DNA of 24,133 nt from a virus (lineage: Duplodnaviria > Caudoviricetes). Below, piece after piece: positions 10,134 through 19,010 of the stretch (position 1 is the first letter of the stretch; every line of letters begins with the position of its first letter). A program made the translations under genes and the position numbers. The notes under the pieces are model-generated. The model was not told where the DNA came from. It did no database searches and worked only from the letters and a program-made list of their open reading frames with translations. The stretch is taken from positions 1 to 24,133 of the IMG/VR virus record IMGVR_UViG_3300012173_000012, one strand, 5' to 3'.

Positions 10134-10455
10134 GTCAATAGAAGTTATGTTGGATCAATGGGAATCAGAAATTAAACATTGGATTGTAAGTTCTAAGAAG
10201 AAAGTAGAAGATCCGAAAGAAAGAGTCAAGCCAATAAATAAAGAAAGAATAACAGTGTACGATTTTTCGTCGTATAAAAAGCAAAAAAATACCCAAAAGA
10301 GATTAGCAGCTATTCTTCCTGAATTAAAAGAATTGATAGAAAGCCTTCCGACTATATTAGATCAAGAATGGCCATTAGACGCTTATCTTGAATTGATACT
10401 AAATCACTATATGATAATTATACATAAAATAAAGAAACAATTATGCGCAAAATAA
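10123..10455 (+). CDS. Hypothetical protein
   Basis: Translationally coupled 110 aa ORF. Confidence 0.65.
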   Translation: MIDKSIEVMLDQWESEIKHWIVSSKKKVEDPKERVKPINKERITVYDFSSYKKQKNTQKRLAAILPELKELIESLPTILDQEWPLDAYLELILNHYMIIIHKIKKQLCAK

Positions 10456-10694
10456 GAAAAATAAAATGTATAACTTGCTCTAAAGATAAATCCGGTAAAA
10501 ATAATGGAGAAAAAATACTCGGAGATCTTTTTGTTTGCAAGGGGTGCGTAAATAAAATACTTAACATATATATAATAAACAATCAAATAAAATGGCTATG
10601 CCCCTTGTGCAAAGGAGAAAGCGGTGTTCATAAATGCCAGCTATGTGACCTATCATTAATTTTATGGAATGCTAAAAATGCACAACAATATTGA
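10443..10694 (+). CDS. Small zinc-finger protein
   Basis: Four CxxC pairs: CITC, CKGC, CPLC, CQLC. Confidence 0.65.
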   Translation: MRKIRKIKCITCSKDKSGKNNGEKILGDLFVCKGCVNKILNIYIINNQIKWLCPLCKGESGVHKCQLCDLSLILWNAKNAQQY

Positions 10695-11697
10695 AAAAGA
10701 AAGAGCGTATATATTTTCAATAAAAGACGCTGTGGATATAGCAATAGATAAATTTGGCAAAAATATTATATCCGACAAATATGATAGTATAACAGATTAT
10801 TATTTACAAAAAAATATAAGAATAAGAAATGAAAACGGATTATTTTTTCTTCAGAGAAAAACTGGGAACAAATGCGACCTACAAAGATTAGAAGAAAGTT
10901 CTTTGTTAAGTGGAAATGCTTCTAATATATTAAAAAATGAATCAAAATTACAAATTGATAAGAAAAGATTCGATTTATTCTCTAATGATGATTATATTAT
11001 AACATTAGATATATTAAAGAATCCATTCAAAATAGCTATATTAGAAATAGAATCTAGAAAAGAAAATACACCACCAACTCTACAAGAAATATTAAAAACT
11101 GATCATAAATTTATAGAATGCCCATTATCTATCTGGGACTATACATTTAGAAAAATAGGCATTTGTGGCGGACCTAGCGCTGGAAAAACTGAAGTATCAA
11201 AATATATATCAAATAGACTAAATGCAGATTTCAAAATAAATTCATTTTGTACTACTGAGTACGCGACTTCTTTTATACAAAAGTACAAAAGAAACCCAAC
11301 TATACATGATCAATTTATAATATGGAACTCACAGCAAAAAAGAGAAGAAGACGCCTCTAAAAAACACAATGTTGTGATATCAGATTCTCCAACGTTTTTA
11401 TCATACATTTATTCACTTTATTCTTGCAAAGAAAAACCGATAGAAGATAAATCAAATTTTTTCTTATTAACAAAACTGTATAAAAGATGTTTAGAAGACC
11501 TTGTTGGTTATCAGCAGATATTTCTTTTAAATACAATTGAATACACAGAAAATGGTATAAGATTTCATGATAAAAAAGAAAGTGACAATATAAAAGATTA
11601 TATCAAAAAGTTTTTACAAGATCATGGTGTCAATTTTATAGTATCTGATTTTTCACAACAAGAAGATATTTTAAAAACTATATTATATATGAATTAA
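10669..11697 (+). CDS. CYTH-like domain fused to a NadR/Ttd14-like (AAA_28) P-loop kinase
   Basis: N-terminal EKERAY, RIR, KKR and LEIE (CYTH pattern). C-terminal IGICGGPSAGKT, EYAT, SDSP and ENGIR. Confidence 0.75.
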   Translation: MLKMHNNIEKERAYIFSIKDAVDIAIDKFGKNIISDKYDSITDYYLQKNIRIRNENGLFFLQRKTGNKCDLQRLEESSLLSGNASNILKNESKLQIDKKRFDLFSNDDYIITLDILKNPFKIAILEIESRKENTPPTLQEILKTDHKFIECPLSIWDYTFRKIGICGGPSAGKTEVSKYISNRLNADFKINSFCTTEYATSFIQKYKRNPTIHDQFIIWNSQQKREEDASKKHNVVISDSPTFLSYIYSLYSCKEKPIEDKSNFFLLTKLYKRCLEDLVGYQQIFLLNTIEYTENGIRFHDKKESDNIKDYIKKFLQDHGVNFIVSDFSQQEDILKTILYMN

Positions 11698-11699
11698 TT

Positions 11700-12317
11700 A
11701 TGTCTAAAAAATTTAGAGATGACATAGATCAATATTTTGATTATGGGCTTTTTGCCTCAAAAAGACTTTTATACATAGGATCTAATTCTTCTAATTCACA
11801 AGAAGAAGAATCTGGAACAGACTATAAAATGGCAGAAAACGCCATTATAGGATTATCGTATTTAAATACCGTATCAGATAAACCAATAACTATAATGATG
11901 AATAATCTAGGAGGAGAAGAATATCATGGGTACGCTATATATGATGCTGTATCTGCTTGTAGATGTCATGTCACAATCATTGGTATTGGATACTGCTCTA
12001 GTATGGGTTCAATTATATTACAAGCCGCTGATCTTAGGGTTCTGGCAAAAAATTCTTTCTTCATGATACATGATGGTTCCGAATCATTAAATGGTCATTG
12101 TAAAAATGTAGAAAATTATGCCAAATTAGCAGAAAAAAATAGAGAAAGAATGTACAGAATTTATTATGAGAAGATGAAGGAAAAAGTACCTAAGATAACA
12201 ATTAAGGCTGTAGAAAAACTATGTACCTTAGATAAAGTATATTCAGCAGAAGAAGCTGTAGATTGTGGATTAGCAGATGAGGTGTTAGATAAGATGAATA
12301 AATTTATATTGGATTAA
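11700..12317 (+). CDS. clpP: ClpP-family protease
   Basis: NNLGG, AIYD, CSSMGSIILQA (catalytic Ser), FMIH (His), SAEEAVDCGLADEV. Confidence 0.9.
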   Translation: MSKKFRDDIDQYFDYGLFASKRLLYIGSNSSNSQEEESGTDYKMAENAIIGLSYLNTVSDKPITIMMNNLGGEEYHGYAIYDAVSACRCHVTIIGIGYCSSMGSIILQAADLRVLAKNSFFMIHDGSESLNGHCKNVENYAKLAEKNRERMYRIYYEKMKEKVPKITIKAVEKLCTLDKVYSAEEAVDCGLADEVLDKMNKFILD

Positions 12318-12320
12318 TAT

Positions 12321-12656
12321 ATGGGACAAAAAGATAAGATATTATTCCTATTGAAAAGATGGAATGGTTTGCTGATAGGAGCGGCATCACAGACCGTATA
12401 CAATAAGGCTATAAGCAAGGATGGAAACAAAGATCTCGTTCCTAAAAATATTCACTGTATTATAGACACAATTGGGCATATAGATAATATAAAAAAGAAA
12501 ATAGTAGACATAATCCCTAAATGCTCCTTTATAGAAAAAGAATATAACCCTGGAATAGATTTAACTGATAATGACCTGACCGAACTATACATAAAGCATA
12601 ATAGAATATGTATAGAGAAGGTAATGAATTTAGTAAATACGAATAGAATAAAATGA
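12321..12656 (+). CDS. Hypothetical protein
   Basis: 111 aa ORF within the operon, ATGA overlap with the next gene. Confidence 0.6.
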   Translation: MGQKDKILFLLKRWNGLLIGAASQTVYNKAISKDGNKDLVPKNIHCIIDTIGHIDNIKKKIVDIIPKCSFIEKEYNPGIDLTDNDLTELYIKHNRICIEKVMNLVNTNRIK

Positions 12657-13120
12657 TATATTATGTAAAAGAAGATTTATTCAGTAAAAAAGCTGATATA
12701 CTAGTAAACACGGTAAATTGTGTCGGCGTTATGGGAAAGGGAATAGCTTTAGAATTCAAAAATAGAATGCCAAATCTATTCAAAGAGTATAAAATTGTAT
12801 GTAAAAATAAACAATTAAAGCCTGGAAATATATTTGTATACAGAGATATCTATAAAACAGTTATAAATATGGCTACAAAAGACCATTGGAGAAATCCTTC
12901 TCAATATTCTTGGATAGAACATTGTCTATTAGAAACAGCAAATTATATAATATTTAACTATCTAGATGACAAAGATATAAGAATGCCTTTACCCGGATGT
13001 GGTAATGGTGGATTAGATTCCAAAATTGTTTCTCTTATGATAGAAAAGACTTTTTCCGTAATTAAAAATAACATATACGTTTGTGTGTATAATCAACTGG
13101 TACACCCGCTCGGCCTCTGA
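12653..13120 (+). CDS. DarG-like macrodomain (ADP-ribosyl glycohydrolase)
   Basis: LVNTVNCVGVMGKGIALEFK, ATKDHWR and PGCGNGGL are characteristic of the DarG macrodomain. Confidence 0.85.
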   Translation: MIYYVKEDLFSKKADILVNTVNCVGVMGKGIALEFKNRMPNLFKEYKIVCKNKQLKPGNIFVYRDIYKTVINMATKDHWRNPSQYSWIEHCLLETANYIIFNYLDDKDIRMPLPGCGNGGLDSKIVSLMIEKTFSVIKNNIYVCVYNQLVHPLGL

Positions 13121-13157
13121 TTGAGTAAGTTATGCCAAACTTAGGGCGGGTTTTTTT
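13104..13157 (+). terminator. Intrinsic terminator-like structure with branched interior
   Basis: ACCCGCTC (13104-11) pairs with GGGCGGGT (13144-51), followed by a T7 run (13151-57). Confidence 0.6.
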
Positions 13158-13748
13158 ATGCGCACAGAAATGAAAAAAATGCTATATAAGATATTATCTA
13201 AAATAGTAACTTTCCTAGGAGATATCCATTTCTATGGATGGAAATATCCTTTTTGGTTTATTATAAAAGTACCAGAATTCAAACTGACCGGGAAACATTA
13301 CGAAGAAGTGAAATCTATTATATTACCAGGGGATATACTTCTAAGAAATACTGATAGATACCTTGACTCGTATATGATACCAGGATTTTGGACACATGCC
13401 GGTATTTATATAGAAAACAATAATGTAGTACATGCCATAAGCGATGGAGTTGTAGTAGAAGATTTGATAACTTTTATGAGAACAGACTATTTGTGTGTTT
13501 TAAGAGCATCAGAATCCCTAAGAGAAAGATGTCTAGCTCTGACACAAGAAATTGTTAATAAAGAATACGACTTTGTTTTTGATTTTAATGACACTAATAG
13601 ATTTAGCTGCACAGAATTAGTCTACTTTTGCTATCATTCAATAATTCCTGTAACAAAAAGATGGGGAAAGCTTATTGTTATTGGTGATGATATTTTTAAA
13701 TGCGACTCTCTATCTGTTGTTTACAATTCTTTGGAAAAAGTTTCCTAA
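13158..13748 (+). CDS. Permuted papain-like amidase (YiiX/YebB, NlpC/P60 superfamily)
   Basis: PGDILL, WTHAGIY (His), YDF and FSCTELV (Cys) in the permuted order. Confidence 0.85.
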   Translation: MRTEMKKMLYKILSKIVTFLGDIHFYGWKYPFWFIIKVPEFKLTGKHYEEVKSIILPGDILLRNTDRYLDSYMIPGFWTHAGIYIENNNVVHAISDGVVVEDLITFMRTDYLCVLRASESLRERCLALTQEIVNKEYDFVFDFNDTNRFSCTELVYFCYHSIIPVTKRWGKLIVIGDDIFKCDSLSVVYNSLEKVS

Positions 13749-14325
13749 TAGTTTCATAATAGTAAACATTAAGCCAAGCATCGTATAAGGCGTTGTGTTG
13801 ACCAAGTACGTGTACTGTTGGCTTATGAATTTGAATTTTGGCCTTTGCTAAATTCATGTTTATTCCTTTTGCAGCGTCAAATGGTCTTCCCTCAAGACTA
13901 GAGGTAAAGTAAGTTATAGAATTTAAATCTATACTACTATAATTAAAAGCATCATAAGTAAGCAAATCACTTACACGATTCTTTTTTAGAAATTCAATCA
14001 AAAATCTGACATCAAAAGATCCTATATTAAATCCCATAAAAGTAAAACAATGTTTATTAAATTGTCTAAATTCATGGTCACAGCATATTGAACTTAACCA
14101 TTGTTGAAAATTAACAGCAGTTTGTCTAGGATTATTTCCTTCTTTTTTAGATAGATCTATCTTGTTCATTTTAAGAGCCTCTGGTTGAACCAATAATTCA
14201 TGATAGTTTATTTTCTCATAGAAATGAATCCCAGATTCTAAATCGACAGCAGCTAATTGTAGGATTTCATGTTTTAAAGGATCAAGACCACTTGTTTCTA
14301 TATCTAATGAAATTATTCTAGTCAT
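13696..14325 (-). CDS. DEDDh 3'-5' exonuclease (DnaQ-like)
   Basis: LDIETSG, FNIGSFD, HNALYDA. Confidence 0.88.
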   Translation of the reverse strand: MTRIISLDIETSGLDPLKHEILQLAAVDLESGIHFYEKINYHELLVQPEALKMNKIDLSKKEGNNPRQTAVNFQQWLSSICCDHEFRQFNKHCFTFMGFNIGSFDVRFLIEFLKKNRVSDLLTYDAFNYSSIDLNSITYFTSSLEGRPFDAAKGINMNLAKAKIQIHKPTVHVLGQHNALYDAWLNVYYYETIRKLFPKNCKQQIESRI

Positions 14326-14821
14326 AAAAATATTTCTCCGAGTCTAATTCATGAAGCATCTCTTTTGGTAAATTCAAATCATATGGTAATCTACAACTTT
14401 TAGTATTAATAGGAATCAAATCAATTGTCTTACAGTTCTTCCAAGAATAAGGATTTATTTCATAAACTAGTTTGCCACACATAAAGGCGGAAAAAACTTC
14501 TGCATTTGCACCAGGGGACTTTCGCCATCCCTCTATACAATATACTTCCTTGCATCTATTGACAACAGCGTTTATGTCTGTTATCATACATTTCCAATGA
14601 GGCGTTCCAGCTTTTGTAACCTCTGCGGGATTAAAAACCGTCAATCCATTTTCTCTTAATTTTTTAGCTATTTCATTAAATATTGGGTAATTTAAGTCTT
14701 TTCTCCCAGTTATTGACATTGGGCCTGAGAGATATACATCATATTTTGTGTAAAAACGTTGCCATATTGTATAAAATGTCAACAAAATTGCACAAATAAT
14801 TGCTAAAATAATATAAATCAC
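14318..14821 (-). CDS. DUF4406 / nucleoside 2-deoxyribosyltransferase-like protein with N-terminal TM helix
   Basis: VYLSGPMS, NYPIF, VFNPAE and GWRKSPGANAE; the first 20 residues are hydrophobic. Confidence 0.75.
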   Translation of the reverse strand: MIYIILAIICAILLTFYTIWQRFYTKYDVYLSGPMSITGRKDLNYPIFNEIAKKLRENGLTVFNPAEVTKAGTPHWKCMITDINAVVNRCKEVYCIEGWRKSPGANAEVFSAFMCGKLVYEINPYSWKNCKTIDLIPINTKSCRLPYDLNLPKEMLHELDSEKYFYD

Positions 14822-15183
14822 GAATAATTCTCCATTTTTATTTTAATTTTACTTAAAATTTCATCAAAATCTGACTTTTCTGAATTGATTGGCAATTCTA
14901 AATGATTATGACCAATGTAAAAATCTGCACCAGATATTGTGTCTTTTATAAAAAATTTAAATTCTTTGCCAAAAATATTTCTTAAAAAATATGGAATACT
15001 ATGTTCTTTCCATAAGGCTTTATCACAGTAAAACTCTATGCTATAATCTTCTGATAATTCTAAAACAAATTCCTTAGCCCCATTTATTAATGAAAAAGTA
15101 GCATTGCTATCTTGATAATTATGATATCTATCTTCGTATATAATACTACGAAGATCCACACAAACAATATTTTTAGGTTTCAT
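14818..15183 (-). CDS. Degenerate HAD-like protein
   Basis: IVCVDLRSII, INGAKEFV and ADFYI follow small phage HAD proteins, but the second Asp of DxD and the DD motif are missing. Confidence 0.45.
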   Translation of the reverse strand: MKPKNIVCVDLRSIIYEDRYHNYQDSNATFSLINGAKEFVLELSEDYSIEFYCDKALWKEHSIPYFLRNIFGKEFKFFIKDTISGADFYIGHNHLELPINSEKSDFDEILSKIKIKMENYS

Positions 15184-16387
15184 TTATAGATCCATCGCAA
15201 ATTATAATAGAACATTCCTTGCCCTTAGACACCCTCTCAATCCACACTTGCCCATCGTGTTTCTGTGCCATTTCAGCAACCATCTTCAAATTCTTTTCGT
15301 CCAGTAAAGAACCATCACGAACAAGTAATATTTTAAGCTTAGGGTTCATGGCCAAACCCATTGCAACCGATATCTTAACTTGTTGTGCAGAAGAGCATTG
15401 TTCAAAAGGAATTTCGCCGAACATAACTTCATCTTCCGTAAAGCCTAAGCCTTTAATTGGGAACTTTGCATTTTCTAAAAGATCTTGTTTTTCTTTATTT
15501 ATAGATTCTATTCTATCGGTTAAGTCTTTCGACTTGATTCTCAAGTCATTTAATTCATTCCCTAATTCGTTTCGCTTTTGGTTTTCTCTAACCTTTTTAT
15601 TGTTAGATTCACAAGAACTAATTTGTGATTCAATATTATTTATATGAATAAATTCTAAAGCTTTTAAAGACTCTTTATCTTTATCTATTTGAGTTTTTAA
15701 ATTTTTCTTTTCATCTTGTAATTTTTTAATTTCCTTGTCTATCCATTCTAGCCTATTATTTTTCTTGTTTACAGAATCATTTAATGTTTCTATATTTCTA
15801 TTATTTTCAATAGCATCAGTTAATTGTTTCGACAAATCTGTCATAGAGATTTCTTGTTCTGGAACACTATCGTGTTCTGGAAGACTCTCAAATTGTGCCT
15901 TCAATTCCTTGCCGCGTCGATTTATATCTGTTCTCTCGTCAAAAACTTTCTTGTATTCTTTATCAAGATTTGTAAAATCCAGGCCGACTACTTTTTTCAA
16001 GGTTTCTAATTTTTTCTTCGAATCCATTCTACAAAATTCGAGGGGATCAAAAGATAAGTCACCAACTAACTTGTCAAGCATTGCTTGAGGAGAAGAGTAT
16101 GACGCTCCTTCTTTACTTTTTACAACAAGATTTGTTCCGCTTTTGGTAAAAGTTCGTGTCACTACAATGTCACCAAGATCCAAAACAATCTTTGCCTTTT
16201 CTTGGCCGTCACGGATTGGCTTACTTGGAATTCCCTTAGTCCCAGCTAAAGCATATTCGATAGAGTCAAGGATAGAACTCTTTCCGGCTTCGTTGTCTCC
16301 ACCAATAATTATAGTAGAGCCATCTGGCTTTATTGAGACGGCTTTTAGCTTTTTAACATTTTCTGCTTCTAGCGATACGATTTTCAT
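15173..16387 (-). CDS. SMC/RecN/Rad50-like coiled-coil ATPase
   Basis: Walker A GDNEAGKSS, central coiled coil, signature-like SSAQ and Walker B/D-loop LLVRDGSLLD. Confidence 0.85.
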   Translation of the reverse strand: MKIVSLEAENVKKLKAVSIKPDGSTIIIGGDNEAGKSSILDSIEYALAGTKGIPSKPIRDGQEKAKIVLDLGDIVVTRTFTKSGTNLVVKSKEGASYSSPQAMLDKLVGDLSFDPLEFCRMDSKKKLETLKKVVGLDFTNLDKEYKKVFDERTDINRRGKELKAQFESLPEHDSVPEQEISMTDLSKQLTDAIENNRNIETLNDSVNKKNNRLEWIDKEIKKLQDEKKNLKTQIDKDKESLKALEFIHINNIESQISSCESNNKKVRENQKRNELGNELNDLRIKSKDLTDRIESINKEKQDLLENAKFPIKGLGFTEDEVMFGEIPFEQCSSAQQVKISVAMGLAMNPKLKILLVRDGSLLDEKNLKMVAEMAQKHDGQVWIERVSKGKECSIIICDGSINET

Positions 16388-16587
16388 TCTAATTCCTTTA
16401 ATGCTTTTTCTAAATCTTTTAATTCATTTCCGAATGTTTCACCAGTATACGGAAAACCATGATTATGGGCCATGACAAAAACAGAACTATACTCTGGAGA
16501 CTTTATAATCTTGTTTAATTTTTCTGCAAGAAGATTGGCAGACTCATGTAATTTTTTAACTTCAGATAATTTGTGTCTATAATCCAT
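16384..16587 (-). CDS. Hypothetical protein (start reassigned to ATG 16587)
   Basis: TAATG coupling with the upstream gene and a GGAG SD. MDYRHKLSEVKKL...HGFPYTGETF. Confidence 0.65.
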   Translation of the reverse strand: MDYRHKLSEVKKLHESANLLAEKLNKIIKSPEYSSVFVMAHNHGFPYTGETFGNELKDLEKALKELE

Positions 16588-16874
16588 TATGGCCACTCCC
16601 TGTAATAGACGGCACCATATCCATTTGATTCTTCTATAACTTCGCAAGCATTCATACCAAACTTTAAGGCTAATCGTTTTGCTATCTTTATACAATCAGA
16701 ACTATATACGTCTTTGTTTCCAATTATATCCTCTATCTCATTATAAAATTCTGAAGAGTTTATAGAACTTTGATCTTCTTCGTTTTTTAACGAAAGCCAA
16801 CATCTAACTACAAAACTATCATGAGAATATCTTGAACTAAATTTGAATCTTTGCATTTGTTCAAAAACTTCCAT
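16587..16874 (-). CDS. Hypothetical protein
   Basis: 95 aa, coupled to genes on both sides. Confidence 0.65.
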   Translation of the reverse strand: MEVFEQMQRFKFSSRYSHDSFVVRCWLSLKNEEDQSSINSSEFYNEIEDIIGNKDVYSSDCIKIAKRLALKFGMNACEVIEESNGYGAVYYREWP

Positions 16875-17167
16875 TATATATCCCCATTCTCTTTTATTTT
16901 TGTGTCCTCATAAGGAGCTACATATCGTCTATAAAATTCCATTTTTACACAATCAAGAACGCCCATGATTTCGTTATAAAATCTATATCCGGGCTTAAAG
17001 GCTACATTCCTTTTTGTTGCTACTTCTTTCAATGTTTTAGAAAAAACATAATTTAAATTCCCGGCAAAATCTTCTGGGTGAATCATCTTAACATCATTTA
17101 ATTGATTAATCAAATCATATAAAATAATCTTCCAGTCATCTCTTTGTGATTGTTTTATATATGGCAT
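16874..17167 (-). CDS. Conserved phage protein (DUF6899-like)
   Basis: MPYI...GNLNY...EFYRRYVAPYEDTKIKENGDI is a widespread phage family. The family name is from memory. Confidence 0.65.
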   Translation of the reverse strand: MPYIKQSQRDDWKIILYDLINQLNDVKMIHPEDFAGNLNYVFSKTLKEVATKRNVAFKPGYRFYNEIMGVLDCVKMEFYRRYVAPYEDTKIKENGDI

Positions 17168-17169
17168 TT

Positions 17170-17382
17170 TTATTGACCTTCATTTACAACAACCTCTAGT
17201 TCTTCATTAGTAAAATACTCTGGACGACCAACTGGAGGTCTGCCCTTACCGAAGGAAAGATGGACTCTTGTATTGTCTTCTTCTTTAAAACTCTTTGCAA
17301 CACCAACACGGCCAACTAGTTTTGGACAAGCATCGCACTTTACTACTTTGTAACTACCACCTAAATTAAAACTTGAAACCAT
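17170..17382 (-). CDS. Small SH3/KOW-like beta protein
   Basis: AGGAG SD; VGRVGV...VHLSF...YFTNEELEVV. Confidence 0.6.
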   Translation of the reverse strand: MVSSFNLGGSYKVVKCDACPKLVGRVGVAKSFKEEDNTRVHLSFGKGRPPVGRPEYFTNEELEVVVNEGQ

Positions 17383-17393
17383 ATCTTTCTCCT

Positions 17394-17780
17394 TTAAATT
17401 TCACTAGCAACTAAATCAACTTTATCTACCAACTCTAAACCACCAAAAAAAGCCATTTCACCATTATTTAAACAACAAGCATTTCTGTCTCCGGTCTTCA
17501 TTAAATAACAATCTAAATCTACTTTAAATGTTTCTCCATTCTTTAGTTTTTCAAATTGTACTTTCTTGCTGGGGATTTTTCCATATACAATTACAACATT
17601 TATTTCATCTATTATATCGTGATCATTATAGTAATCTAATTTGTTATTAGTCAAAGAAAAAACGTTACAATTATTTTCTTCTTCTATTTTTACAAAAACC
17701 TCTTCGCCCCTTCTAAAGGTTGTTCCTTCTTTTATTTCATGGAAGAATAGATCTTTTGTTTTTGGTTCAATTATTCTCAT
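17394..17780 (-). CDS. Hypothetical protein made of two tandem ~60 aa domains
   Basis: FHEIKEGTTF..VFVK..NVFSL and FEKLKNGETF..YLMK..NACCL. Confidence 0.7.
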   Translation of the reverse strand: MRIIEPKTKDLFFHEIKEGTTFRRGEEVFVKIEEENNCNVFSLTNNKLDYYNDHDIIDEINVVIVYGKIPSKKVQFEKLKNGETFKVDLDCYLMKTGDRNACCLNNGEMAFFGGLELVDKVDLVASEI

Positions 17781-17781
17781 T

Positions 17782-18027
17782 TTACCAACCTCTTTTATTT
17801 TTTATTTCATTAACAATTGCTATGACATTATCACAGGCATTATATTTCTTTATTTCTTCTACCCCATACCCTATTATTTCTTCTCCTTCCTTAACAGGAA
17901 GGTTTGCACGACAACAAAAATCTAATTCTTGTGAGGCCTCTAATAACTGGTCCATTAAGTCGTTACAAGAGTGGATATTTGGCTTTTTATATAAATCTGC
18001 TCTTTTAGGGTTTTTAAGTTTTGCCAT
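17782..18027 (-). CDS. Hypothetical protein
   Basis: AAGGA SD, within the operon. Confidence 0.65.
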   Translation of the reverse strand: MAKLKNPKRADLYKKPNIHSCNDLMDQLLEASQELDFCCRANLPVKEGEEIIGYGVEEIKKYNACDNVIAIVNEIKNKRGW

Positions 18028-18040
18028 TTTGTTTTTCCTT

Positions 18041-18379
18041 TTATGTTACCAGTTTTGGTCTAAATATAGTTGAATCATCAAGGGCTGACTCTCTTATCTT
18101 ATTCCAAACTTCATGGCTCTCGTCTACTTCGCCAAATTCTTTTACTAGGTCAAAAGACATATAGTTTTCTTTACAAGTAGCATACAAGGGATTAAGTTTC
18201 GTTATATCTACCGGAAGCAATGATCGTCTCTGATTGGCCCCCTCTCCTTCTGGCTTCCCTTGCATACAGAAGATTGTTCTTGTAGATCTTATAAAGTCTC
18301 CTCTGTCCATTTTTGTCAAATCAACAGCGGTTTCAATCATTCTCGTTGTTCCGTCTACTAAGTCTACTCTATACCACAT
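18041..18379 (-). CDS. Hypothetical protein, first gene of the leftward operon
   Basis: AAAGGAG SD and upstream GGTATAAT on the minus strand (18400-18407). Confidence 0.7.
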   Translation of the reverse strand: MWYRVDLVDGTTRMIETAVDLTKMDRGDFIRSTRTIFCMQGKPEGEGANQRRSLLPVDITKLNPLYATCKENYMSFDLVKEFGEVDESHEVWNKIRESALDDSTIFRPKLVT

Positions 18380-18739
18380 TTGATTCTCCTTTCTACTTAA
18401 TTATACCTAGCTGAGCCTGCTATTTTTACATAATTCGAAATTAATTGGCCCCCGGTTTTTTTGGGAAGTTTAGAAATCTTAAAAACGATTTGTTCTTTTG
18501 TCCCGGTTTTTGGGGGCCGGTTGCGTCTAAGCCCCCCGCGATTTTCGGACCCTATATCGCCCTTCCGTTATCGGACATAAAACCCCCCCACCCTATCGGA
18601 CCTTCTAAGCTCTTATAACCATACCTTATTTATCAGACTATCTTGCGTGACGACGCAAGCGTTATCAGACCATTTAATTATCAACACCTTCCGATAACTT
18701 ACCTATCTTATCACACCTAAAATATTTTCTTCTTCCCCC

Positions 18740-18768
18740 TTGCATTCCGCCCGATGGTATGCTATCAT
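18740..18768 (+). promoter_or_regulatory. sigma70-type promoter
   Basis: TTGCAT-17 bp-TATCAT with extended -10 TG, followed by a GGAGG SD. Confidence 0.75.
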
Positions 18769-18789
18769 TGTATTGGAGGAAATGAAACA

Positions 18790-18873
18790 ATGTTTACCCT
18801 AGCTATCATCGGTTTTGGTTCGATAACGGTTGGCGTACTATGGGCGCTTGCAATTAAAGCGGACCTTCTCTAA
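18790..18873 (+). CDS. 27 aa single-TM microprotein
   Basis: GGAGG SD; MFTLAIIGFGSITVGVLWALAIKADLL. Confidence 0.6.
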   Translation: MFTLAIIGFGSITVGVLWALAIKADLL

Positions 18874-18884
18874 GGAGCGATAAC

Positions 18885-19010
18885 GTGACAACCATCCGAG
18901 AATCCGCCTATCGAATTATCAGACGTTTCATCGTGTTATCAGACGGAACTACGATAGCATACTGGGACGTTGAAGAGACGGCGACCGATAACAAAGGAGA
19001 CTTATCGTGA
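18885..19010 (+). CDS. 41 aa hypothetical microprotein
   Basis: AAGGAG SD and GTG start; MTTIRESAYRIIRRFIVLSDGTTIAYWDV...; GTGA overlap with the next gene. Confidence 0.6.
   Translation: MTTIRESAYRIIRRFIVLSDGTTIAYWDVEETATDNKGDLS

Noticed and set aside
13696-13748. 53-bp convergent overlap of the amidase and exonuclease genes
   Set aside because: Short 3' overlaps are common where phage operons meet, and I saw no further signal.
407-18073. Antisense ORFs in the track (e.g. 407, 1574, 2006, 3447, 5395, 5631, 6885, 8102, 8520, 9214, 15219, 15735, 16143, 17641, 17720)
   Set aside because: They are shadows of well-supported genes on the opposite strand, with Ser/Phe/Leu-rich composition and no SD.
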